A stretch of 64,000 bases of DNA from a virus (lineage: Duplodnaviria; Caudoviricetes), in IMG/VR virus record IMGVR_UViG_3300028854_000488; one strand, 5' to 3'. Shown in pieces: positions 9,708 to 19,183 of this stretch. Below the pieces are notes generated by a model. The model worked only from the letters and a program-made list of their open reading frames with translations, did not search any database and was not told the DNA's origin. How positions within the stretch are numbered: position 1 is the stretch's first letter; each line of letters starts with the position of its first letter. The position numbers and the translations under genes are program-made.

Positions 9708-10538
9708 TCACTTTATATTTCGTTCGCTCCTATGATAAAATCTGTTGGTTATACTGGAGATGAATTAGATTTTATTTTACATATTGATAGAGTATTTATT
9801 GAGAAATTATATAATGGTTGGTTAGATGAATATGCTGCTAAATACGGAGTTAAAAATATTCATAATTTTGAACTTGAAACAATTAATAGATCAGCTTTAC
9901 ATATTCAAAAGAAACATTATATTAATAACGTTGCTTGGGAAGATGGACTGTTTTATGAAAGTATGAGTTATTTTTATCCAAAAGGTGTCGAAATTGTTAA
10001 ATCATCAACTCCTCCATTTGTGAGAGAGAATATTTATGAGTTCTTACGATATATATTTGCTAATCCTAATAATTTGGATATTAGAAAGATTTTACTTATT
10101 GTTAAAGATTTGAAAAAACAGTTTATGATGGCGAATATTGAAGATATTAGTATGACATCAAGTTGTAGTAATTATCCTATTAAAGTTATTGATGATGTTA
10201 CAGATGTAGTGTGTGTTAAAGGTGCTCACTTTGCAGTTAAAGCCGCAGCATTACATAATTATTTATTAAATAAGAATTCAGAATATAAAACTAAATATGA
10301 TAATATAAGAGGAGGGCGTATAAAATATTTTTATTGTAATCATATTAAAAATCCAATATTCGCATATCAAAGGGGATTATATCCATATGAAATATGTGAA
10401 AAAGAAGGAGTTAAAATTGATTACGACGAACAATTTGACGTAACAATGTTGAGTATAATTAACAGATTCCTCGAACCAATTGGATTGCCTACAATTAATA
10501 AAAGATTGTCAGTATTAAATTCAATATTTACATTTTGA
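9567..10538 (+). CDS. polB: Split intein C-half fused to the C-terminal (palm/thumb) part of family B DNA polymerase
   Basis: VYDIEVDDETHTFIANNILVHN|SLYISF; then KKHY, KGVEIVKSSTP. Confidence 0.9.
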   Translation: MINNIEYYFDDIESCEMIGEFEDEYVYDIEVDDETHTFIANNILVHNSLYISFAPMIKSVGYTGDELDFILHIDRVFIEKLYNGWLDEYAAKYGVKNIHNFELETINRSALHIQKKHYINNVAWEDGLFYESMSYFYPKGVEIVKSSTPPFVRENIYEFLRYIFANPNNLDIRKILLIVKDLKKQFMMANIEDISMTSSCSNYPIKVIDDVTDVVCVKGAHFAVKAAALHNYLLNKNSEYKTKYDNIRGGRIKYFYCNHIKNPIFAYQRGLYPYEICEKEGVKIDYDEQFDVTMLSIINRFLEPIGLPTINKRLSVLNSIFTF

Positions 10539-10562
10539 TTTTTTCATATGAAAAAAATGTTG

Positions 10563-10570
10563 TATATTTG
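10563..10570 (+). promoter_or_regulatory. Bacteroidota-type -7 promoter element TATATTTG
   Basis: TAnnTTTG ~35 nt upstream of ORF 10606. Confidence 0.6.
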
Positions 10571-10605
10571 TATAATCAATATAACTATTAAAAATAAATA
10601 AGTAA

Positions 10606-11589
10606 ATGTTAAAACTAAGTAAAGAAATATTAACAGATAATTCACTATATAGAATAGAGCCAACTAAATCAGATAGTTGGATTCAAACGTATTTAAATCC
10701 TACGAATTTTGAAAATTTGAATACAAAAGAAAATTTTGAAGAATTTAGAAATCATGTAATTAATAATTGTAAATATAAATTAATTGAGAATTATAGTATA
10801 AACGATTATAAATCTGATTTTTATATACCTGAATTAAATTTAGCTTTAAAATTTATTGATTTATATAGTTATTGTGAGTTAAATGTAGATAAAAAATATC
10901 AATTAAATTCTTATTTGGAATATGAAAAATCAGGAATTCATTTAATACAAATATTTGAAGATTTATGGGAAATTAGAAAAACTAATATAAAATCCAGATT
11001 AAAAAATATGTTTGGATTATCAGAAACAATATATGCAAGGAAATGTAAAATTGTAATTTTTGATAAAAAAGATAATTCTTTTGTTAGTAAATTTATAAAT
11101 GAAAATCATCTTCAAGGTAACGTAGGATCTTTTATTAAATTAGGTTTAAAATTTAATGATGAAATAGTTTCAGTTATGACTTTTGGTAAACTAAGAAAGA
11201 ATATGGGTCAACACGGAGGTTCTGATGACTATGAATTATTAAGATTTTGTAATAAAATGGGTACTTCTGTTATTGGAGGTGCATCAAAATTATTTAAATT
11301 TTTTGTTAATACATATGATCCTTCTACAATAACTTCATATGCTGATATGATGTGGAGTAGTTCTGAGAACATTTATAAAAAATTAGGATTAGTATTTGAA
11401 CATAAAAGTGATCCATCATATTTTTATATAGTTGATAATGTAAGAAAGAATAGATTTGGATATCGGAAAGATGTCTTATTATCCTGTGGATATAATGGTG
11501 AATATTGGGGTGAACATGATATTTGTTATGTCAATAAATTATATAGAATATATGATGTTGGAACTGAGAAGTTCACATGGACTAAATGA
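10606..11589 (+). CDS. Hef-like homing endonuclease family protein
   Basis: SDFYIPELNLALKF, HLIQIFEDLW, NHLQG, ELLRFC; paralog of the C-terminal half of 4646..6349. Confidence 0.75.
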   Translation: MLKLSKEILTDNSLYRIEPTKSDSWIQTYLNPTNFENLNTKENFEEFRNHVINNCKYKLIENYSINDYKSDFYIPELNLALKFIDLYSYCELNVDKKYQLNSYLEYEKSGIHLIQIFEDLWEIRKTNIKSRLKNMFGLSETIYARKCKIVIFDKKDNSFVSKFINENHLQGNVGSFIKLGLKFNDEIVSVMTFGKLRKNMGQHGGSDDYELLRFCNKMGTSVIGGASKLFKFFVNTYDPSTITSYADMMWSSSENIYKKLGLVFEHKSDPSYFYIVDNVRKNRFGYRKDVLLSCGYNGEYWGEHDICYVNKLYRIYDVGTEKFTWTK

Positions 11590-11736
11590 GGGATTTAATA
11601 AGTTAACATTAAAAATGAGTGAATTAATTTCACTCATTTTTTATTTTTAAAAATTATCATTAAATATTAAACAAATGAATTATTTTTATCTAAATATATT
11701 TAGATAACCAAAAATAATAAAAATGAATGCTAGAAT

Positions 11737-12483
11737 ATGCTAGAATATAATAAAATATATCAAATGGATGTATTAGAAGGATTAAGAAAATTAGATGATA
11801 ATAGTATTGATGTTGGTGTAACATCACCACCATATAACAAATTAGGGCTTATGAAAGGAAAAAAGCAAAAAGGTGGAGATTGGGATGGATATATTACATA
11901 TGACAATTTTGAAGATAATATGCCTGAAGATGAATATCAGAAATGGCAAATTGAAATATTGAATGAAATTAAAAGAGTATTAAAGCCTGGCGGATCATTT
12001 TTTTATAATCATAAAAATAGAAGATATAATAAAACTGAATATTCTCCATATGAATGGGTTAGTAAATCAAATATAAATATTTATCAAACAATAATTTGGG
12101 ATAGAAAAGCTGATGTGAATAATTCATTATATTTTTTTCAGCCAGTATATGAATTGATATATTGGTTAACAAAGGATAATAAAAAGGCTCCAATATTTAA
12201 TAAAAGAGATTTGATTGAGCAAAAAAGTATTTGGAGAATATCACCAAAAATGAATATTCCTCATCCAGCACCTTTTCCAGAAGAATTGGTTGAACAATGT
12301 ATAAAAGCAACTACTAAAGAAGGAGATGTAGTATTAGATCCTTTTATGGGAATAGGTACAACTGCTATTGTAGCAAAAAGATTAGGTAGACAGTATATAG
12401 GCTTTGATATATCAAGTGAGTACGTAAATATTGCGGATAAGAATATAGATTTGAATAAAATCAGAAAAAAAAATGAAATGTAA
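11737..12483 (+). CDS. DNA amino-methyltransferase, beta class (SPPY, probably N4-cytosine)
   Basis: VTSPPYN (motif IV), HPAPFP, VLDPFMGIGTT (motif I). Confidence 0.9.
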   Translation: MLEYNKIYQMDVLEGLRKLDDNSIDVGVTSPPYNKLGLMKGKKQKGGDWDGYITYDNFEDNMPEDEYQKWQIEILNEIKRVLKPGGSFFYNHKNRRYNKTEYSPYEWVSKSNINIYQTIIWDRKADVNNSLYFFQPVYELIYWLTKDNKKAPIFNKRDLIEQKSIWRISPKMNIPHPAPFPEELVEQCIKATTKEGDVVLDPFMGIGTTAIVAKRLGRQYIGFDISSEYVNIADKNIDLNKIRKKNEM

Positions 12484-12707
12484 TGAAAGAGAAAGTCGTA
12501 GTAGAAAAAGAAAAGAAAAATGTAGAATTTGTTTTTGAAAGTTCAGATGATTTTAATAAATATACAGGTAAAATTAAAACTTCAGAAATAGATGCAGAAG
12601 ATTGTATACTAACTATTTATAAAAAGGGATCAATAGTTAGAAAATTAAGAAGATTAGGAATAAATGAAAATCCAACAGTCAATATTAAATATAGAGAAAT
12701 AAATTAA
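12483..12707 (+). CDS. Hypothetical protein
   Basis: 74-aa ORF in an operon. Confidence 0.6.
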   Translation: MKEKVVVEKEKKNVEFVFESSDDFNKYTGKIKTSEIDAEDCILTIYKKGSIVRKLRRLGINENPTVNIKYREIN

Positions 12708-12710
12708 ATT

Positions 12711-12959
12711 ATGAGTATAAAATCAACACATTTAGTAACAAGAGAATTTGCAATAAAAGCAATTTTAAGTAAGCAACATGATATATATGATCTTACAAAT
12801 GAAGAATTATCTTATTTGTTAGAAGAAAGTATTCATAATGGTTTTTATAATTTTAGTGTTGTTAGTGAATCTGAAATACAAGATAATAAGCATAAAGATT
12901 ATCCTTTACCTTATTTAGATGATATCTATGATTTACCAGAAAGGAATGATGCTTGGTAA
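12711..12959 (+). CDS. Hypothetical protein
   Basis: 82-aa ORF in an operon. Confidence 0.65.
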   Translation: MSIKSTHLVTREFAIKAILSKQHDIYDLTNEELSYLLEESIHNGFYNFSVVSESEIQDNKHKDYPLPYLDDIYDLPERNDAW

Positions 12960-13020
12960 ATAAAAAATCCACAATTTATTGTGGATTTTTTTATATATAA
13001 GTTATAAAATAATTTTTAAT

Positions 13021-13359
13021 ATGAAATTTTTAAAACATTATGAAGATTTAAATTCTGGATTTAACGTAGGTGATTATGTAAGATGTCATGAATTGACATA
13101 TTCAAAAGATTTGAAAAACTTTTTTGAGAATAATATCGGACAAATTGAATCCATAGATTATGATAAACATGATAATTTTAAATATTATAATGTAAAATAT
13201 GAAAATATTCCTATTGAAATATTAGATTATATAAAAAAATATTATACTAGTAACTTTGATTATACTATGCCGTTTTCTGATGCAGATTTAATATTAGCTA
13301 CACCTGATGAAATTAAAGAACAGAAAATTAAAAATTTATCTGATAAATTTAATCTTTAA
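13021..13359 (+). CDS. Small protein related to the 2066/2740 family (MKFLKHYE...KFNL)
   Basis: Likely start MKFLKHYEDL; VGDYVRC, FFENNIGQI, YNVKY. Confidence 0.75.
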   Translation: MKFLKHYEDLNSGFNVGDYVRCHELTYSKDLKNFFENNIGQIESIDYDKHDNFKYYNVKYENIPIEILDYIKKYYTSNFDYTMPFSDADLILATPDEIKEQKIKNLSDKFNL

Positions 13360-13885
13360 ATAAACTTATAATAGCATCTATTCCATTTTGATTTATATTT
13401 CTTGTACCAATTCCTGCAAACTTTTCAGTTAATTTTGGAATTCCTTCATAAATTTCAAATGCGTTTGATTCATAATCAAAATAATGCCATTGATTTATAT
13501 TTTGCTCAAATAAATATATTGGTTTGTGATTATCTATGGCTAATTGTACAGCCCAGCCTGTACCACCGAGAACTGTATTTTCTGTCTGTAAAATACCAAT
13601 GGCAAAAATTGTATCAGATTTTTTTACTTGAAACCAATCTCTAGATATTAGATTTTTTACATAAGATGATACGTTAGTTACATTTCTATTTAATGTGTTA
13701 TTTGCTATTTTAATGTGCTCATAGCCTTCTTTTAGCTGATTGCTAGATAGAATATATTTATTCTCTGATTTTGTGTTGTGGCCTTCAAAAGAAAAATCTA
13801 TGACTTTATATCCTTTTTTTATAGATTCAAAACTCCACAAAAGATCTGATCCTGTGGCACCCCCACTGAAGCATATATGAATCAT
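13349..13885 (-). CDS. SLOG/DprA-like Rossmann-fold protein
   Basis: FSGGATGSD, GGTGWAVQLA, FAGIGTR. Confidence 0.55.
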   Translation of the reverse strand: MIHICFSGGATGSDLLWSFESIKKGYKVIDFSFEGHNTKSENKYILSSNQLKEGYEHIKIANNTLNRNVTNVSSYVKNLISRDWFQVKKSDTIFAIGILQTENTVLGGTGWAVQLAIDNHKPIYLFEQNINQWHYFDYESNAFEIYEGIPKLTEKFAGIGTRNINQNGIDAIISLFKD

Positions 13886-14049
13886 TTTTTATCCTCCCTA
13901 TCTTTTTTTATTAAATGTTCAACATATTGTGATTTCGTCATATCTTTATCTTTAAGATATTCAGTTAGTATATCATCTATTTGTGTGTTGATTGATAACG
14001 ATATGTTTTCTTTTCTGTTTTTGACTTTTGGTCTTCCTATTTTTCTCAT
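13882..14049 (-). CDS. Small ribbon-helix-helix DNA-binding protein (not in the ORF track)
   Basis: MRKIGRPKVKNRKENISLSINTQIDDILTEYLKDKDMTKSQYVEHLIKKDREDKK. Confidence 0.7.
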   Translation of the reverse strand: MRKIGRPKVKNRKENISLSINTQIDDILTEYLKDKDMTKSQYVEHLIKKDREDKK

Positions 14050-14140
14050 ATTGTTATATATTATATTGTAGTATCAAAGTTTAAAAAATGGCAAAAAATG
14101 ATATTTTTTAATTTATATATACAAATAAAAAGAAAGATAA

Positions 14141-14323
14141 ATGAAAAAGAAAATAACAAAAAGTAAAGTGGTTTTTTCCTTTGAGCCTGAAATTATTCTA
14201 TTTTTAGAAGAAAATTTTGAGAATAAGTCAAAATATGTAGAATATCTTATTCATAAAGATATGAAAGAATGTGGATTAATAAAAAATGATATTATAGAAT
14301 ATGATAATTTCAAAAAATGTTAA
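14141..14323 (+). CDS. Small ribbon-helix-helix protein
   Basis: KVVFSFEPEI...NKSKYVEYLIHKDM. Confidence 0.7.
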   Translation: MKKKITKSKVVFSFEPEIILFLEENFENKSKYVEYLIHKDMKECGLIKNDIIEYDNFKKC

Positions 14324-15188
14324 AATAAAAATAAATTCTGTTAATTATAAATTCTTTAAAAAATGTGTCAATGATATAAAAAAAGGAGAAGAATATGTTA
14401 TTGATGTTTTTAATTTACCTGTTGGCTCACATACTAATATTCTTGTTGAGTGTGATATTTGTCATAAACAATCATTTAAACCATATAGGCAATATTTGTT
14501 ATCATATAATAACAACAATGTTTATTGTTGTTCACCAACTTGTGCTCAATTTAAAAATATAAAAACTAATAATGAAAGATATGGTCGTGATAATGTGTTT
14601 CAAATTGATGAAATAAAGAATAAAATTATATCTACAAACAATAAAAAATATGGTGTTGATTATCCATCTCAGTCTAAAGATATAAGATTAAAAATTGTTG
14701 AGTCTAATATAAATAATTTTGGATTTGATAATGCAGCAAAAAGTTATATAGTGAAGGAAAAAATGAAAAATACGTGTAGAGAAAAATATGGTGTTGATCA
14801 CTATAGCCAGTCTACAAAATATGAAGAATCACTAGTATTAAATGGTAGAAAGGTTCCAGATTTTTATAAAAGTGATTTTGAGATATATCAGTTTAAAGTC
14901 AGAAAAATAACAAGAACATTAAAGAGTGTTATTTTTTATGATTGGAATGGTTATGATTATTATGATAATGAATATATTAAAGAAAATTTAAATCTTAACC
15001 CTGGACATTCGTTATATCCAACAATAGATCATAAAACATCTATATTTTATGAATTTATGAATAATATTTCAATAGATGATATTGCACATTTTGATAATTT
15101 ATGTATTACAAAAAGAACTATAAATTCATCTAAAAATAGAATGTGTGAGTATGAATATATTATAAACAAAAACAATAATTCTATCTAA
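14301..15188 (+). CDS. HNH-like homing endonuclease with KYG repeats
   Basis: WNGYDYYDNEYI...YPTIDHK...NLCITKRTINSSK; CxxC. Confidence 0.75.
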   Translation: MIISKNVKIKINSVNYKFFKKCVNDIKKGEEYVIDVFNLPVGSHTNILVECDICHKQSFKPYRQYLLSYNNNNVYCCSPTCAQFKNIKTNNERYGRDNVFQIDEIKNKIISTNNKKYGVDYPSQSKDIRLKIVESNINNFGFDNAAKSYIVKEKMKNTCREKYGVDHYSQSTKYEESLVLNGRKVPDFYKSDFEIYQFKVRKITRTLKSVIFYDWNGYDYYDNEYIKENLNLNPGHSLYPTIDHKTSIFYEFMNNISIDDIAHFDNLCITKRTINSSKNRMCEYEYIINKNNNSI

Positions 15189-15219
15189 ATAGAATATAAA
15201 AATAATAGACAAATAAATA

Positions 15220-16104
15220 ATGAATAAATTAGAATTGAATAAATATTATCTTATGGATGTTTTAGATGGTATGCATAAAATTGATGATGAATCAGTTGAT
15301 ATCGTGTTAATAGATCCACCTTATAATATAGGTAAAGATTTTGGTAATAATAAAGATAATATGAAACTTGAAGATTATATAGAGTGGTCTAAATTATGGA
15401 TGAATGAATCTATAAGAATATTAAAGCCAACTGGTAGCATTTTTATCTATGGGTTTTCTGAAATATTGGCTCATTTATCAGTAAATTTAAATTTAAATAA
15501 GAGATGGTTAATTTGGCACTATACTAATAAAACTGTACCTACATATAAAAGTGGTTGGCAAAGAAGTCATGAATCTATTATATGGGCATATAAAAATGAC
15601 GCTATTTTTAATGTTGATGATGTTAGAGAACCTTATAGTGAAACATTTTTAAAAAATTCAGCAGGTAAAAAAAGAACAAAAAGTGACACAGCTAGATATG
15701 GTGGATATAAAGATACGGTATATGAGGCTCATCCAGGTGGAGCATTACCTAGAGATGTGTTTACTAACATATCATCATTAGCAGGTGGAGCAGGATCAAA
15801 GGAAAGATACTTTTTACTTGACGGTAAATTTTGCCTACCATCTGAAATGAAAAATCTTTCATCTGAAAAAAAGAAAGACGTAGTTAAGCATCCAACACAA
15901 AAACCATTAAAGTTAACTGAGAGATTACTATTATCATCTAAGCCTTCTGACGGTGGTTTAGTTGTGATACCATTTGCTGGATCTGGTAGTGAAGGTGTGG
16001 TTTGTAGAAAATTAGGAATGAATTTTGTTGGTTTTGATAACAATCCTATATATATCAGCATGTCTAATTCTGCTGTTGAAAATTGGAAATTTCTTGTAGA
16101 TTAA
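15220..16104 (+). CDS. DNA amino-methyltransferase, beta class (DPPY, probably N6-adenine)
   Basis: IDPPYN, HPTQKPL, VVIPFAGSGS. Confidence 0.9.
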   Translation: MNKLELNKYYLMDVLDGMHKIDDESVDIVLIDPPYNIGKDFGNNKDNMKLEDYIEWSKLWMNESIRILKPTGSIFIYGFSEILAHLSVNLNLNKRWLIWHYTNKTVPTYKSGWQRSHESIIWAYKNDAIFNVDDVREPYSETFLKNSAGKKRTKSDTARYGGYKDTVYEAHPGGALPRDVFTNISSLAGGAGSKERYFLLDGKFCLPSEMKNLSSEKKKDVVKHPTQKPLKLTERLLLSSKPSDGGLVVIPFAGSGSEGVVCRKLGMNFVGFDNNPIYISMSNSAVENWKFLVD

Positions 16105-16132
16105 AATATGATATTAATAAAAAAGCTAATCT

Positions 16133-16735
16133 TTACAGATTAGCTTTATATCTTTTTTCTCCTAATGTTGATATTTCTTTATCAATTTTAAATTTAATAT
16201 ATTTTTCTATGTTTTTTAATTTTAGTGTTATCCATAATTGTGATGACATATTTTTAACTATTCTTAATTTTACATGAGAATCATCAGTTGTGCGCCATCC
16301 AGATTTATATTCTTCCCATGTCATACTTTTTGATTCAAATATATTAGACGGAAGAATGTAAAAACTATATGATATTTTTTCTTTATTTTCATTTCTAGCT
16401 AATACATAATAGTATTCAAAATTCTTACCTTCATTATCAATGAATTCAATCATATTAGGTAAGTTATTTTTATATCTACTTAATCTGAATGATGACATTT
16501 CCAATATATCCTTAGTTACTTTAGCTGATTTTACTGATGCATTATCTTCTAATGCTTCTATGTCTCTACCTGCTGTGTGACTACCTGAATTGTAAGTGTA
16601 TGTATTGTCTGAATCTTCTAATGCGAATGTTATTAGTTCTTCAAGAACTAAATCTGTGATTTTTATTTTTGATTGCTCTAATCTATTATTTATGTGGAGC
16701 TCTAGACAATCTATAAATTTTTTTTCATTTTTCAT
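16133..16735 (-). CDS. Putative restriction-type (PD-(D/E)xK) endonuclease
   Basis: GRDI...SVKSAK spacing; lies convergent to an MTase; weak evidence. Confidence 0.4.
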   Translation of the reverse strand: MKNEKKFIDCLELHINNRLEQSKIKITDLVLEELITFALEDSDNTYTYNSGSHTAGRDIEALEDNASVKSAKVTKDILEMSSFRLSRYKNNLPNMIEFIDNEGKNFEYYYVLARNENKEKISYSFYILPSNIFESKSMTWEEYKSGWRTTDDSHVKLRIVKNMSSQLWITLKLKNIEKYIKFKIDKEISTLGEKRYKANL

Positions 16736-16997
16736 TTTTAATGATATTTAAATATATTATATCATTAAAAAATTAAAAGTTTATATTATATTGATCTATT
16801 TATATTAATTATTTTTCTTTTCTATTATGAGAAATTAAATTTTTGATGAAATTTTCTATATTATTGCTCCAATATTCATTTGACTCTACTTTAATATCTC
16901 TGAATGATTTATAACCAGATACAATCTCATATATTTCGCAAGGATTTAAAAAATAACAATATTTTTTTTATATATACAATAAAATATAAAATTATTA

Positions 16998-18413
16998 ATG
17001 AAAATATACTCTAATGAATATATTACAGATTTTAATAAATTAAAGAATGCGGTAATAGGGTTCGAATTTGAATTCTATACTGATAAATCATATTTTAAGT
17101 TACTTGAGTTATTAAATAATGAGTTAGCACCAATTCAAAGTCGTGGGTTTCGTAAATATCACTCTGATTTTGTACCAGATGAAAATAATTTTAAGCTTGA
17201 GCCAGATTTATCCGGAGGTCCTGAATTATGTGAATACATCACAGGACCAATACCTTATGTAAATTCAAAGATTATTTTATTGAAAATTCTTAAAGTTTTG
17301 GATAAATACGCAAGAACGGATGAAAAATGTTCTATACACATTAATATATCTTTTGAAGATATTGGTAATGGTAAAGTATTAGATAATTTAAATAAATTGA
17401 AATTAATTTTAGGAGTAGATGAAGATAGAATTTATAATTTTTTTCCTGAAAGAAAGAATAATATTTATGCAAAAAGTGTTAAAACATTAATTCCATTTAA
17501 AGGATTTGATTTTTCAACTAATGCTGTTGATATACTACAGAATAATGTGCAAATCGGGAACACAAAATATTACGGTATAAATTTTTTACCTGCTGAAAAT
17601 ATTGAAGCATCTGGACAACGATTAGAATGGAGATATATTGGTGGAGATAATTATAATAAGAAATCCGCAGAAATATTATCATTAATGGATTATTTTATTG
17701 CGATTACTTGGAATTGTTGTGATGCTAAATTAGATGAAGATGATTTAAAAAAATTACAAAAATACTTATTTGAAAATATTAACATTTTTAAAACATTTTC
17801 AAATTATAATGATTTTATTGCAGAATTTCCAACAATTGATGTTCAAGTAGATAAATTAAATGATTACAGTATAATAAAAGCATATTATGATACAATTTAT
17901 ACTAAAATATTTGATATGGTTAGAAATATTTATAATCTTAAAGATTGTATTATAAATTTAGACACAGAAGTTAATAGAATTGAATTGGTTGATGCAACAT
18001 TTAAAACAATATTTGATCTTTATGATTTAGATTTCATAGAATGCACTATGAATAGTGGTAGATATAATAGTTGTAATTTTATTTCATCAGAATTGGTTAA
18101 TGGTACTATTCACGGAGGAGATATTTCAGATACTGATGTAATAAATTCTAAAATAGAAAGTGCAACAATTGATTTAGATTCAGAAGTTAGTGATTGCTAT
18201 TTATATCAATGTATGGTCAATTGTAGAGTTAAAGGCAACTCTGTTATAAGAATGTGTAAACTTGGACCTAATGCTGTTATAGATGATTCAGTTAAAATTG
18301 CAACAGATACAAATAATTATTTTCATACTACACCAACTGGTGAAGATGTTAAAAAAGGTCCAGAAGATTTGAAAGATATGAAAATACCTTTCACTAAAGG
18401 AAAAAAATGGTAA
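16998..18413 (+). CDS. Putative amidoligase (COOH-NH2 ligase) domain plus C-terminal beta-helix-like region
   Basis: IGFEFEF, EPDLSGG, EYITGP, CSIHINIS, KYYGINF, RLEWR. Confidence 0.7.
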   Translation: MKIYSNEYITDFNKLKNAVIGFEFEFYTDKSYFKLLELLNNELAPIQSRGFRKYHSDFVPDENNFKLEPDLSGGPELCEYITGPIPYVNSKIILLKILKVLDKYARTDEKCSIHINISFEDIGNGKVLDNLNKLKLILGVDEDRIYNFFPERKNNIYAKSVKTLIPFKGFDFSTNAVDILQNNVQIGNTKYYGINFLPAENIEASGQRLEWRYIGGDNYNKKSAEILSLMDYFIAITWNCCDAKLDEDDLKKLQKYLFENINIFKTFSNYNDFIAEFPTIDVQVDKLNDYSIIKAYYDTIYTKIFDMVRNIYNLKDCIINLDTEVNRIELVDATFKTIFDLYDLDFIECTMNSGRYNSCNFISSELVNGTIHGGDISDTDVINSKIESATIDLDSEVSDCYLYQCMVNCRVKGNSVIRMCKLGPNAVIDDSVKIATDTNNYFHTTPTGEDVKKGPEDLKDMKIPFTKGKKW

Positions 18414-18420
18414 TTTATTT

Positions 18421-18753
18421 ATGATAATACAGAAATTTAATGAAAATAATCAAGAAGATTACGATATATTTGTAAATAAAGTGAAATCTTTGTTTTTAGA
18501 ATTGTGGGATGATAAATTAGGAATTATAAATTTTAAAATTGACACAAATGTCAGATTTTGTCTATCTTTTAAAATTAGTATGTCAATTACAAATGATAAT
18601 TTTGTAGAATATAATGAACTGTGTAACATTTTAAATGATTCTGATGCAAGATTTCAAATAATTAATTATGTTATGTACGCAAGTGTAACTAATTTTAGTA
18701 AACTTATCAACAATATGAAAATATTAAAAAATTCAAAAAAATTCAACATATAA
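18421..18753 (+). CDS. Hypothetical protein (MIIQKFNE...KFNI)
   Basis: 110-aa ORF with both terminal tags. Confidence 0.7.
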   Translation: MIIQKFNENNQEDYDIFVNKVKSLFLELWDDKLGIINFKIDTNVRFCLSFKISMSITNDNFVEYNELCNILNDSDARFQIINYVMYASVTNFSKLINNMKILKNSKKFNI

Positions 18754-19178
18754 TGATAACAAGCTTTAATACTAAATCAACAGATCATAATTTTTATTTT
18801 CCATCTGTTGCAGGCCCAGAAGGTAAAATTCCTTTTGCTGGAACAAATTATGGTGAAGAACCACGAATAAAAAATTTCAAACAATATTTTGGTGAATATA
18901 GAAAAGGATCAGATAAATTTGGCAAATTAGTAGAAAGAATAATGGAATTTTTAAGATTACCAGAATTTAAAAATAAATTAGATGAAAATGATGGATTGAA
19001 ATTTGTTATTACTGATTTTGAAGCAAGGTCTAATATCAAAATAGAAAAAATAAAACAATTATTAAGTAATGATACAAATCTTTATAGCTTTGATATTAAG
19101 ATAGATGATAAATATATCACTTTTTCAAATATAAACAAAACAAGAAAAGAAAGATATGTAACAGGAAGAAAAGATTAA
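18753..19178 (+). CDS. Hypothetical protein
   Basis: 141-aa ORF in an operon. Confidence 0.7.
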   Translation: MITSFNTKSTDHNFYFPSVAGPEGKIPFAGTNYGEEPRIKNFKQYFGEYRKGSDKFGKLVERIMEFLRLPEFKNKLDENDGLKFVITDFEARSNIKIEKIKQLLSNDTNLYSFDIKIDDKYITFSNINKTRKERYVTGRKD

Positions 19179-19183
19179 ACCAT

